From: Octopus sinensis
Lineage: Eukaryota
NCBI RefSeq assembly: GCF_006345805.1
Contig: NC_043020.1
Coordinates: 7,192,001-7,256,000, forward strand
Reading direction: 5' to 3'
Length of the DNA: 64,000 bases
Shown piece by piece: positions 37,685 through 51,097 of this stretch (position 1 is the first letter of the stretch; each line of letters starts with the position of its first letter). The position numbers and the translations under genes are program-made. Under the pieces are notes generated by a model. It saw nothing but the letters and a program-made list of their open reading frames with translations, searched no databases and had not been told where the DNA came from.

Positions 37685-40600
37685 TTGTGATGAAAAGAAG
37701 ATGTGATGAACCCAGCACTCTGTGTTGCAAAACAAGCAAGGCCCAGACTCATTGCTGTGGGAGAAATTATTGATGGTTCTTGGAGGATGCAAAGGACTAC
37801 CAGAGACGGAGAGCACTGGGAGACCTAGTTGGCTCTATACATGATGATACCTCTGGGACCGATAACTTGGAATGACCCCAGCCACATCAAACACATCAAA
37901 GAGTGTGAAGCCAAGCCAAATATTCTTTGGACAAAGACTTTACACTTATGGCAGCAATGAGAGTGAGTTGGACAATCAAAATGGTGAAAGAGATGATGAA
38001 AGTAGTGATTCAGGTGAACAAATTCTGTAGTTTAGAGATGGGCCAATTATTGTTCATTCATTCGTTTAACGTCCGCTTTCTATGCTGGCATGGGTTGGAC
38101 GATTTGACTGAGGACTGAGGGCACTCGTGCTGGTGACATGTAAAAGACACCCGGTAAACATTGCAAAGTGGTTGTGGGTAAGAAGCTTGCTTCCCAACCA
38201 TGAGGTCTAGGGTTCAATCCCACTGTGCAGTACCTAGGGTGTCTTCTATTAAAGGTCTGAGGACTGGCAAACCAGATGGCAGCACCAGACTCCAATCTGA
38301 TCTGGCAATGTTTCTACAGCTGGATGCCCTTCCTAACGCCAACCACTCCAAGAGTGTAGTGGGTGCTTTTACGTGCCACCGGCACGAGGGCCAGTCAGGC
38401 GGTACTGGCAACGGCAATGCTCAAATGGTGTTTTTTACATGCCACCTGCACAGGAGCCAGTCCAGCGGCACTGGCAATGACCGACTTGGGATTTGCTGTG
38501 CTTGAGAAGACACATCAAGCAAAGTGAAATGTGGTCATGGCCAGTACCAGTGACATGTGAAAGGCACGTGTGTCTGGGACACATAAAGGGCACTCATGCT
38601 GATGACATGTAAAAGACACCCGGTACACTTTGCAAAGTGGTTGTGGGTAATAAGCTTGCTTCCCAACCATGTGGTCTAGGGTTCAGTCCCACTGTGCAGT
38701 ACCTAGGGTGTCTTCTATTAAAGGTCTGAGCCAACCAATGCATTGTGAGTGAATTAGGGAGACAGAAACTGTGTAGAAGCCTCGCATGTGTGTGTGTGTG
38801 TGTGCATCTCTTACCATCACTTAACAACTGGTGTTGGTTTGTTTATTTCCCTGTAACTTAGCAGTTTGACAAAAGGGACTGCTAGAATAAGTACCAGACT
38901 TTAAAATTTAATACCAGAATCGATTTGTTTGATGAAACACTTTGAGGTGGTGTCCCACCGGAATCACAGTTTTATGGCTAAAACAAGAAAAAGAAGAAAC
39001 TCTTTTTTATTTTTAAAATAAAAAAAAGAGTTGGTCACACGACCTGCTAGAAATAGCAGTCAAATCCCTCCCAAATTACAACTTATGAGTCCTAAAAAAA
39101 AAGGATGGTTACATTGGTAAAATGTCATATGTATTTGTATACACAAAAAGATGATTTAGTCACAGCTGTAACATCTTTGATCATTGGGCAGCATAATCAG
39201 GACAGACCTAGGGCTAAACATATCGATCTATGAATGGCTGGTTTTAATATCCACTCAGCATGGCTTCATTTATCAAATGCAGAGTATTTTGAACTGCAAA
39301 CCATAACTATATCCCTAAAATCACATCACAACTCTCATTTTTTTACACCAACATCAAGGTTCACACATTTGTGAGGGAATTTGAGACATGGCACTCTTGT
39401 CTTCTTTCTCAGAAGTTTAAAAATTTTATAACTTAATGCGAGGTGTAAAGAGCAGTGGTTGTGATTTTTGCAGGCTCTTGGATACTGATGAGACTGATGC
39501 TGTTGATGTCCTGACTAAATATTTGTAGCTTAAAATGTGAGCGGGTCAGAATTATGGACACTGGCTTCAATATGCAACATAATGAACTCTGCTTCAAACA
39601 CCTGAAGACCAGATGGTGGTGTTGAACTGGTCAAAGTGTTAGGTCTAACAGCCAAGAAACAGATGGTGGTGTTGAACTGGTCAGGGTGTTAGGTCTAACA
39701 GCCAAGAACCAGATGATGGTGTTAGATCTTTCAGCCAAGGACCAGGTGGTGCTGTTAAATTGAACAGACACCATGATCTCTGGCACTGCCCTAACGAACT
39801 TTTTCAAGTTCCAACTGAAAAGGAAGGTGGGGCTAGAGAAAATGTGTCTGTCAGAGTGCGTATTCAAAAAAGGATGGATGCGTGTTGCACGGATGCCAGG
39901 TGTGAAAGACCTTGCATGAACACGCCATGATCACTTGCCAAAAGGTTTCAGTTAAAATAACAGGCCTCGTGGGGTCGGCTATCCTGTTCTTTTTTGACTT
40001 CATATGTCCTTTTTTCTTCGTTTGTTCTTGTAACTCATTCGATTTCATTGTAAATAATTTCATTTCATCCACATGACCCCAAATCATGTTGTATTGTCCC
40101 CATCTGTGTAAACCCTTATGGGTAATAAAGAAATTCACCATAACTAAAGGCACAAAAGGGCCAGAGGTGTTTAGTTTCCGGTTAGCCCTGAGAAAACAAA
40201 CTTATGATCAATGGCAATTCAATCGTAACAATCAAGTACTTTTCATGTCTAGGCATGGCTGTATTATCCCCTGTGACGTTAGGGTGCAGTTTGAGGGAGA
40301 TTTGATTCTTGTTTCTTGCATATCCATCCAGCTTGTAGTGACAGAAGTGTTAAAACTGGGGCGTGTGAAAGAAATTGGCGATTTTCGATAAAACCAAATT
40401 GCCGATTCATTTCAATGGACAGCCAACAGTCAATCTTTCGTTAAATTCATTTTGGCATTTTTCTTCAAATTCGTCATCCATACATTCTTTGTTATATCTT
40501 AGGAAAGTCGCTATGCCGATAATAAAAGACATGCACAGGTTCGCTTTCACTTCTTAGTCAATTGATTAAATACACAAACAATTAACTAATCGATCGATTG

Positions 40601-41346
40601 TTTGTTTGCTCGTCAAAGTTCTTTCGTTGCTGTTGCCAACCTTTTCAATGACCCGTGACTCGCTCCAAGACCTAGAATTTATTTCAACACACGATTTCAC
40701 ATCGGGAATCTTGCAAGCAAAGACAAAAATCGAAATACACACATTTCTTGGTTATATGTAATATAGATTCGTTCATTATATCCACATTTGTTTGTTAAAC
40801 ATATACATTCGTAATGTAAACAGATGTTTATGTCAGCGGGCGAGGAAGACGACACCTGAATAGATTGACAGATGGACACTTGAGAGAAAGAAAGATATAT
40901 ACGTGCAGGTATTGCCATAGACAGATATATAGACACACACAAACAGGGGCAGTATCGAGATAGATACAGAAGAACGTTCGGATAGAATGATAGATAGACA
41001 TATGTGATGATGGGGCGAGACAGACGTGTAGGGAAAGAAAGATAGATAGACAGATAAATAGATGGATATATAGGTACACAGGTAGTTAGGTGGATGGATG
41101 GACAGATAGTTATAGTAAAGTGCAGGTTGAGAAAAAGATAGACAGACTGAGGTGAGGGTAGCGCGCTAGACAGATAGATATAGACACAAACAGATGTTTG
41201 GGTAGTGAGATAGACAGATAAATGAACACAGTCGAGGTGGTAGTTGAGAAATAGATAGACCGATCGATAGACAGAGAGATTGATAAATTGATGGATGGAT
41301 GGATGGATGGACGGACGGACGGGTGGGTAGGTAGGTAGGTAGGTAG

Positions 41347-41427
<81 letters not shown>

Positions 41428-41879
41428 GGATAGACAGATGGATAGACAAATAGATGGATAGACAAATAGATAGATAGATATAAACAAAGAGACGTGTGGG
41501 TTGAGCGATTGGATAGAGAGAGTGAGGAGAGAGAGACAGACATAAATAGACGTGCATGAAGAGAGAGAGATCGACAGACAGACAGATGGACAGATGGAGA
41601 GATAGATAGATAAATAGATTTAAACGAAGGTGAGAAGCTGTCGCGGGCGGCCAATCAATGGGAAACAAGAACGTTTTCTTACCTTCTCTGGAAGAGAGAA
41701 AAAAGAAAGAGGATCGATTGAAGTAAATAATAATATCTCCAAGGTATGTTTTGAGTGAAGTGTCGTTGCTATTGTTACCGATATTTACACATCATCCCAC
41801 GTACGGCTACCTCACGACACTGGAGAGCTCCAGACAAAGAAGTGAGAAGTTTAGAGGATTCAAGGGGGAGATTACTCTA

Positions 41880-42260
41880 CACTACTGCTGCTGCTGCTGC
41901 TGTTACTATTACTACTATTACTACTACTACTGTTACTAATACTACTATTACTGTTACTACTACTACTATTACTATTACTACTACTACTATTACTACTACT
42001 GTTACTACTACTGTTACTACTACTACTACTACTACTACTACTGTTATTATTACTACTACTACTACTATTACTGTTACTACTACTACTACTACTACTACTG
42101 TTATTATTACTACTACTACTACTATTACTGTTACTACTACTACTACTACTACTATTACTACTACTATTACTACTATTGCTACTACTAGTGTTATTAATAC
42201 TACTACTACTACTACTACTGCTGCTGTTGTTGTCACTACTACTGCTGCTGCTGTTACTAC
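41880..42260. repeat. (ACT/ATT/GTT)n trinucleotide tract
   Basis: Direct reading. Confidence 0.95.
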
Positions 42261-42782
42261 TCCTGGACGACGAGAGGGAGAAGAGTCTAATATGTTCGTT
42301 GGACTTGCATGAAATAGCAGCTAAATTTTCTTAAAACAGGGATCCTACGCTTTTACAAGTCTTTGCAACGGTCCGAAATTATTTTACAGAAACTAAAACT
42401 GGAATCACGATCTCTTTAAGTCCATTAAAACAATGTAATACATTCAAAATCAGAAAAAAAATTTCCCATTATAAGTATCAATGGAACGGATATTGGTTAG
42501 TGGTTGTCACCAAAAGCAGCTGTTGAATATTGGCGCCAGCGAAATTCGGACAGGAAGCCTTCGAAGAGAGTCTGTGATGTGTCCCATTCCATTCATCAGC
42601 TTCTTTTTGGTCCTTTTCCCAACCTGGACTTCATTGATTGCGCAAGATAATCGGGTTGTACCAAATTTCCGCAATGGATTATGTTAGAACTGCGTGAATT
42701 ATTATATATTACCGTGTGTCAAATATGTTGAACATCAGCCATCTGGAATAACGAAAGTGCCAGGAATAACAAACCTATTTCA

Positions 42783-43371
42783 ATTAATAATAATAATAAT
42801 CAATTCTTTTTTATTGGCCACAAGGGCTGACACGCATGATTACATAAAGGGACAAGACAGGACGAAAGGTTACAAAGGGTTTTGCCGTTTTTGAAAAACA
42901 TCGAGTAAAAATCTTTATAACAACTTATAAAATTCAACAAGGAAAAACTCCCAAAAGGGGGAGACGTTTCGAAAGGTTCCTGGTGGAAAAACCCTACAAA
43001 AGCCAACGGGAGCCTGGTCAAAAAAAGGGGTGTAGAGAGTCCCCTTTTTTCTCCTTTTGTATTACCCTTTTGAAATCACAGGCGAAACCTGAGAACTGGT
43101 CCATTTATACAGGCCAGTCTCGCACAATTCACCCACCTTTCATAAAACTTGCTATCGGACAGCACTTTCCTCTCTAACCTCATCTTCCTTTTCAAGTGAA
43201 ACTTGAAAAAGTTGATGAGGCCTTGACCAAAGAGGAAAGTGTCTGTCTTTAGCCCTTTCAAACGAGTCCACCACACGACCTCTTTCGCCACAGCCACTAG
43301 GCACAAGAAAACGGCCTCGCCCTCCTTGTTAAAGGAGGTCGGCGGGGCAATCTTCACTATGGATTCGGCCG
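42783..43371 (-). mobile_element. 3' end of a Tx1/L1-like LINE (ORF2 C-terminus + 3' UTR)
   Basis: ORF 43076-43371 reads FLCLVAVAKEVVWWTRL..FFKFHLKRKMRLER..FYERW. It is followed by a ~290-nt UTR ending CCCTTGTGGCCAATAAAAAAG and an (ATT)n tail. Confidence 0.65.
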
Positions 43372-43826
43372 ATAGTAATAAACATTGTGTACAGTGCTCA
43401 GCTGCACTACAACTCATCTAAAGTGTATATATAATCAGGTGTAGTTTCGACGGATTTCGGAAAGCATGAGGGTCTTAAAGGATGCAGTGTCATGGCAGTC
43501 AACAACTGACGCAGGCAGTTTGTTCCATGCTTCAGCAACTCTGAGCGTGAAAAAATGTTTCCGAAAGTCATGGGAGCTGTGTTGTTTTCTGACTTTGTAG
43601 GCATGTCCACGTGTGTTAGACACATGGAGATCAAAAAGGTGTTCAGTGTTGTTGTTGGTGAGGTGGTTGATAACTTTGTGGGTGTTTACCAAGTCCGTCG
43701 CCAGACGCCGGAGCTTCAGTGAATCCATGCCCAGGGAAACAAGGCGCTCAGAATATGGTAGGTGTCTGATGGAGGGTATGCGTTTGGTTGCACGTCTCTG
43801 GACAGATTCCAGGAGGTCAATGTTCT
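43372..43826 (-). mobile_element. 5'-truncated CR1-clade LINE
   Basis: LESVQRRATKRI..YSERLVSLGMDSLKLRR..TRGHAYK..RKHFFTLRVAEAWNKLP, then a short UTR and an ATT-type tail. Confidence 0.92.
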
Positions 43827-44399
43827 GAGAAAGATAGGGGTTCCCTAATCTTAGTAATACTTCGTAATACTTTTATTGGGGCTTTTTCGTTCTGCGTTCA
43901 ATACCTCTCAACACCCAGTAACGTGGGCCTGGAACTTGTACGTGGTCAAGAACATGAACTAAATCGAATCTGTTCAATCTTTTCGGTGTATAACATCAGT
44001 GTCCAGTATCTTGTCCAGTCGTGGAACAAATTATAATTTAGGGGCGTAAAAAAAAAAAACCAAAAGACCAGTTTCAATTTAGGACCATAAAAAACGAGGA
44101 TACCTGGAACTGGATCTGTGAGGTGAAATGTATAGGAATCTATACGTGATTGCATGATGTGCTAGACATAGCAGTAACTTTTCATCCTCAAATTACATTC
44201 TACCACTAAGCGGAATTTCGTCTGTCTCTACGTTCTGAGTTCAAATTCCACCAAAGTCGACTTTACCTTTCATCGTTTCGGGGTCAATAAAATAAATAAC
44301 AGTGGAGAACTGGGGCCGATGTAATCGACTTGCCCATCCCTCGAAAACGCTGACTTCGGGCCAAAATTTGAAACCATTCCCTACCGCCTTAAAAATAAT

Positions 44400-44796
44400 A
44401 ATCCTTTCTACTAAAGGTACAAGGTCTGAAATTTGGGGCTTGACTAGTCGATTACAATGACCTCAGTGTTTTACTGGTACTTAATTTATCGACCCCGAAA
44501 GGATGAAAGGCAAAGTCCACTTCGGCGGAATTTGAACTCAGAACGTAGCGGCAGACGAAATACCTATTTCTTTACTACCCACAAGGGGCTAAACACAGAA
44601 GGGACAAACAAGGACAGACAAACGGAATAAGTCGATTACATCGACCCTAGTTTCGTAACTGGTACTTAATTTATCGACCCCGAAAGGATGAAAGGCAAAG
44701 TCGACCTCGACGGAATTTGAACTCAGAACGCAGCGGCAGACGAAATACCTCTAAGCATTTCACCCTTCGTGCTTATGTTTCTGCCAGCTCGCCGCC
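44400..44796 (-). mobile_element. SINE family B dimer (tail 1 then tail 2)
   Basis: Junction AAGAAATAGG|TATTTCGTCTGCC at ~44557-44575. Confidence 0.85.
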
Positions 44797-45570
44797 TTAA
44801 TATCTAGAAAATATTAACACGGAACATCAAACATATGTTCCATGGAAATACCACATTTTATAACCATACTCTCTTGACATACCTCTAGCTATATGTAGAG
44901 CAACCTTTATTTCGTGATCATTTATATTGTAATTTAATATCACATACTCTTTGCAGGGTTACATACTTATTTACCATAAAATCTTCTGTGTGGAATGTAT
45001 CAAGAATAAAATATATGTTTCTGGTTGGAAACCCCAGGTTTCCTGTCCTGGAATCGCCTGGCTGAGAGTTCATACGGGTACAGGGACTCTACCGTACACC
45101 TTGTAACTATGTTATGCTACAAACCAGCATGTTACAGTGGGTGTTTAAGAACTCAAGGGTGCATAAAACATCCCCCACAAACACCAAAAACAAGCTGAAG
45201 ATGACTGCCACTTCACACGAGTCCTCGGGTGTCCGAGTACGCCCTCTTTGCGCACACATTCCCTAGCCTCGAATCACCGCGAAAGGTCGAAAGAGACTGA
45301 AAATTCTTTGAAAACGAAGGCTGTGGAGAAAACTTTTACCAGCATTATGACATCATAATGACTATTTGGAAGAACTGAAAATCTTTGAAGTGGACGAACG
45401 GGATTTAATTTCACATATATACAATCATAAGCGAACATGTACACACGCACATACACACACATGAATATATACACGCCTACGTTTATGCATATATTATAAG
45501 CATATATGTTTTGATATATTACGCACATACATTTAAGTATGTATGTATCATGATAGATAGATAGATAGAT

Positions 45571-45683
<113 letters not shown>

Positions 45684-45714
45684 GTAGGTAGGTAGGTAGA
45701 TGGATGGACAGATG

Positions 45715-45763
<49 letters not shown>

Positions 45764-46999
45764 GTAGGTAGGTAGGTAGGTAGGTAGGTAGGTAGGTAGA
45801 CAGGCAGGTAGATAGATAGATAGGTATGTAGGTAGATAGATAGATGCCTCCACCCCACTCGCTTGACAACCGATGGCGCGTTTATGTCCCCGTAATCTAG
45901 CGGTTCAGCAAAAGAATCCGATAGGCTTACAAAGAATAAGTCTTTGGGGTCGATTTGCTCGACTAAAGGAGGTGCTCCAGCAGGGATTTTAAAAAACATT
46001 GTAATGAGTAAACAATGTCAAGAGCTGGGGTAAAATGACTTGAAACTCCATTATATATATATATAATTTCGGCAGTATAATCTTAAATATACATACACTT
46101 AGTCTTACTGCGGTGAGCCCATGGGATCATGAAACCGGAACTAAACCCGATTTTCGTGGCGTCTAATTGACTGAAATTGCAACACTGATCCGTCACTAAA
46201 CCAACTCCCCAGCTATTTGATGGAACTCATTTTTAGCTCATTGGACGAGAAAAACGTCCAAAATGAAGCGATTTGTTCAAGAACACAACACAGTCACCCG
46301 GTCCGGGAATCGAAACCACGACCTTACGATTGTGAATGCAATACTGTAACCATTTAACCACCTTCATCATGCTTCATACCCTCGAAAATGTATATCTACA
46401 AAATTTCATTAAAATGCTCGAAATTAAAGACGAAATATCTTACAAACAATAGAATTTTCTCAATAAAGCCAAGAGAAAATGATGTTTTATAAACACATTC
46501 TACCAGTATACGAAGTTTAAAAGTGTTTAGTTACCTAAAAATTATGTTACAAAGTGCCGTTCAGAAGGAAAAGATCGAAATAAATATACACTCTTGAAAG
46601 TTATAAGGAAACTAAGTTGGTGGGGCGCTAAAGTGTAGTTATATCCTATCAGTTAAGAGTAGACCAACCGAAGATGATTTTTCTTTCGCTCTTTCCTGGA
46701 ATCAATAAAATTATTTACCAGTCGAACACGGTAATCGATACAACCCATTATGTTTCCCTCACAAACAGGTAGCTCTGTGCCGAGATTACAAAAATCAATT
46801 ATTAATACAAACGTTAATTGCTGATGGAGTGTTTAATTGCTTTTTACTTGTTTCAGTCAATGGACCGTGGTCATGCTGGAGCCTCGCCTTGAAGGAGTTC
46901 GGTATTTATTCTGGCGGTCTCTTTTTGCCGAACCGATAAGTTACGGGGACGTAAACAAACCAACACCAATTGTAAAGCGTGAAACACACGCACACACAG

Positions 47000-47048
<49 letters not shown>

Positions 47049-47439
47049 CGACAGGCTTCTTTCAGTTTACCAAATCCACTCACAATGCTCTGGTCGACTC
47101 TGGGTAATAGCAGAAGACATTTGCCCAAGGTGCCGTGCAGTGGGACTGAACCAGGAACTATACGGTTGGTAAGCAAACTTCTTAGTTGCGCCTGTTTTAA
47201 TTCGTTTCAAATTTGGGTCCGAAGTCGGCAGTTTCGAGCAAATGGGGGCAAGTCAATTAAATCAACCCCAGTTGCTCAACTGGTACTTATTTTATCGACC
47301 CCGAAAAGGTTGAAAGGTAAACTCGATCTCGGTGGAATTTGACCTCAGAACGTACAGACTGAAGAAATGCCGCTAAACATTTTTGCGAAGCGCGCTAACG
47401 ACTCTGCCAGCTCGCCGCCTTCACTTATAACTAATAATT

Positions 47440-48017
47440 ATTTCTACTCTAGGCTCAAGGACTTGAAAAAATTTGTGGGGTCTGGTCGATTACATCGACC
47501 CCAGTGCGTAAGTGGCACTTATTTAATCGACCCCGAAAGGATGAAAGGCAAAGTCGACCTCGGCGGAATTTAAACTCAGAACATAAAGACAGACGAAATA
47601 CGTATTTCTTTACTACCCACAAGGAGCTAAACACAGAGGAGACAAACAGGGACAGACAAACGGATTAAGTCGGTTATATCGACCCCAGTGCGTAACTGGT
47701 ACTTATTTAACCGACCCCGAAAGGATGAAAGGCAAAGTCGACCTCGGCAGAATTTGAACTCATAACGTAACGGCAGACGAAATACTTGTTTCTTTACTAC
47801 CCACAAGGGGCTAAACACAGAGAGGACAAACAGGGACAGACAAACAGATTAAGTCGATTATATCGACTCCAGTGCGTAACTGGTACTTATTTAATCGACC
47901 CCGAAAGGATGAAAGGCAAAGTCGACCTCGGCGGAATTTGAACTCAGAACGTAACGGCAGACGAAATACTGCTAAGCATTTCGCCCGGCGTGCTAATGAT
48001 CGTGTCAGCTCTCCGCC
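47440..48017 (-). mobile_element. SINE family B trimer (tail 1, tail 1, tail 2)
   Basis: Junctions at ~47595 and ~47779; period ~184 bp. Confidence 0.85.
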
Positions 48018-48328
48018 TTCAGTGATATTAATAATGTCGACTAAAAGATATTCCCAAATATTTGCATTTTTTATAAAAGACGAGAAAAAGAAAAATCGTT
48101 TTTCTTTTTTAATCGTATTTTGTTCACAGTATTATTGACTGAACGTTTTAGTATAATCAATAGCAATCACTGCTTCGCTGCATTAACGACGCTTTGATCT
48201 CCGGTTTCGATCTCTTTATCAATGGAAAGCTCTGTATTGATTAATAACAACATCTAGGCAACTCAGACGAAACAGTTACCACAGAGCTGTCGGTAGTATA
48301 GTAATAAATCTATCCGTTAGTCTTGCAG

Positions 48329-48727
48329 GACACCTACCATATTCTGAGCGCCTTGTTTCCCTGGGCATGGATTCACTGGAGCTCCGGCGTCTGGCGACGG
48401 ACTTGGTAAACGCCCACAAAGTTGTCAACCACCTCACCAATAACAACACTGAACACCTTTTTGATCTTCATGTGTCCAACACACGTGGACATGCCTACAA
48501 AGTCAGAAAACAACACAGCTCCCACGACTTTCGGAAACATTTCTTCACGCTCAGAGTTGCTGAAGCATGGAATAAACTGCCTGCGTCAGTTGTTGACTGC
48601 CATGACACTGCATCCTTTAAGGCCCTCATGCTTTCCGAAATCCGTCGAAACTACACCTGATTATATATACACTTTAGATGAGTTGTAGTGCACCTGAGCA
48701 CTGTACACAATGTTTATTATTATTATT
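48329..48727 (+). mobile_element. 5'-truncated CR1-clade LINE, second copy
   Basis: Same family as 43372-43826, with an intact reading frame to the stop and an (ATT)n tail. Confidence 0.92.
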
Positions 48728-48970
48728 TTTATACGCTTAAAACAACTCGCTGGCAGAATCATTAGCGCATTGGACAAAAGGCCCAGCGACATTTGTTCTG
48801 GCTCTTTGAGTTCTGAGTTCAAATTCCGCCGAGATCACTTTTGTCTTTCGTCCTTTTGGGATCGATGAAATAAAAACCAGCTGAACACTGGGACCGATGA
48901 AGGCAGTAATGGCAATGGCTAATCGATGATAAATGAGATAGATAGGTAGGTAGGTAGATAGGCAGGTAGG

Positions 48971-49018
<48 letters not shown>

Positions 49019-49071
49019 CAGACAGATAGATAGACAGATAGAATGATAGGCAGACAGATAGACAGACAGAC

Positions 49072-49129
<58 letters not shown>

Positions 49130-49143
49130 ACAGACAGATAGAC

Positions 49144-49185
<42 letters not shown>

Positions 49186-49199
49186 ACAGACAGATAGAC

Positions 49200-49231
<32 letters not shown>

Positions 49232-49769
49232 GCCCCCCCACAGCCCTCGCTTGACAACCGATGGCGCGTTTATGTCCCCATAAACTAGCGGTTCAGCAAA
49301 AGACACCGATAGATTTCAAAATGATGATGATGATATCAGAAAGGATTAGCATCATCATCGTCGTCGCCGTTATCATCATTATTATTTAAAAAACGCATCA
49401 ACTTAATTGATTTTCATACCTATTACAATCAGTACAAGGCATACATATATATTTCTTTATTGCCCACGAGGGGCTAAACATAGAGGGGACAAACAAGGAC
49501 AGACAAACGGATTAAGTCGATTACAACGACCCCAGTGCGTAACTGGTACTTAATTTATCGACCCCGAAAAGATGAAAGGTAAAGTCAACCTCGGCGGAAT
49601 TTGAACTCAGAACGTAAAGGGCAGACGAAATTCGGCTACGCATTTCACCCGGCGTGCTAACGTTTCTGCCATCCATAGATACCTATATACGTACATAGGT
49701 ACGTAAATACGTACAGACAGACAGGCAGAAAAATGAGTTTTAACTATTTTCATACCAACCCAGTCCTGA

Positions 49770-50310
49770 CTCTTCCACTTCTTCCTTTTCTTCTCCTCCT
49801 CCTCTTCCACCGCCTTCTCATCCATTTCTTCAACTTATTCTTCCTCCCTCATCTTCCTTTATACCTTTTCTTCTCATCCACTTCTTCAGCTTACTCTCAT
49901 TTCCCTTCTTCTTCTTCTTTTTTCTTCTCCTCCTCCTCTTTCTTCTTCTTTTTCTTTTTTCTTCTTCTTCTTCTCCTCCCCTTCTTCTTTTTTCTTCTTC
50001 TCCTCTTTCTCTTTTCTTCTTCTTCTCCTCCTCCTTCTTTCTTCTTCTTCTCCTCCTTCTTCTCTTTTCTTCTTTTTTCTTCTCCTCCCCTTCTTTTTTC
50101 TTCTTCTCTTTTCTTCTTCTTTCTTCTTCTTCTCCTTCTCCTCCTTCTTTCTTTCTTTCTTTCTTTCTTTCTTCTTCTTCTTCTTCTTCTTCTTCTTCTT
50201 CTTCTTCTTCTTCTTTTCTTCTTCTCCTCCTCCTCCTCCTCCTCCTCTTCATTCACTCCTTCAGCTTCGCCTTCTCCTCCTCATCTACATCTCCACCTCT
50301 TCTTCCTCAT
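49770..50310. repeat. (CTT/CCT)n pyrimidine tract
   Basis: Direct reading. Confidence 0.95.
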
Positions 50311-50705
50311 CCTTTTCCTTCTTTGTGTTTAATACTCATCCTGTTTTTTTTTGGGTTTTTTTATTGTTTGGAATACAAATTATATCTATAAGTTCCATGT
50401 AAGGGAGCATATCTATTTCTCTTTCTCTCTCTCCTTTTCTCTCCCTCTCTTTCTCTGTCTCACTCCCACATCTCTCTCTCTCTCTATTAGTATATCTATC
50501 TATTTACCCTCCAATATGTGCGTGTACATATATCAACTAATTTCTCTCTCTTTCTCTCCCTACTCCGTCTCTCTCTCTCTCTCTGTTAGTATGTCTATCT
50601 ATTCACCCCTCTATATGTATGTATATCAAACAATTTCTCTTCCCTCGCCCTCTCCCTTGATGTGTATATATATATATGTGTGTGTGTATGTATATATAAT
50701 ATATA

Positions 50706-51097
50706 TGGCTGTGTGGTAAGTAGCTTGCTAACCAACCACATGGTTCCGGGTTCAGTCCCACTGCGTGGCATCTTGGGCGAGTGTCTTCTACTATAGCCCC
50801 GGGCCGACCAATGCTTTGTGAGTGGATTTGGTAGACGGAAACTGAAAGAAGCCTGTCGTATATATGTATATATATGTATGTGTGTGTGTTTGTGTGTCTG
50901 TGTTTGTTCCCCTAGCATTGCTTGACAACCGATGCTGGTGTGTTTACGTCCCCGTCACTTAGCGGTTCGGCAAAAAGAGACCGATAGAATAAGTACTGGG
51001 CTTACAAAAAAAAAGAATAAGTCCCGGGGTCGAGTTGCTCGACTAAAGGCGGTGCTCCAGCATGGCCGCAGTCAAATGACTAAAACAAGTAAAAGAG
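50706..51097 (+). mobile_element. SINE family A
   Basis: Nearly full-length copy. Confidence 0.88.

Larger units (their letters stand above)
42490..43960 (-). mobile_element. Decayed Merlin/IS1016-like transposase remnant hosting nested LINE fragments
   Basis: Minus strand, in order: YWVLRGIERRTKK (~43910-43870), then the CR1 and Tx1 inserts, then RFVIPGTFVIPDG (~42770-42730) and TSQTLFEGFLSEFRWRQ (~42590-42530). These match recalled Merlin motifs WVFGGIER, VxPGTxIxSD and YLxEFxWR. Confidence 0.5.

Noticed and set aside
37700-38040. Acidic coding-like stretch (..FGQRLYTYGSNESELDN..)
   Set aside because: Interrupted by stops and frameshifts; probably a transposon relic, but I cannot assign a family.
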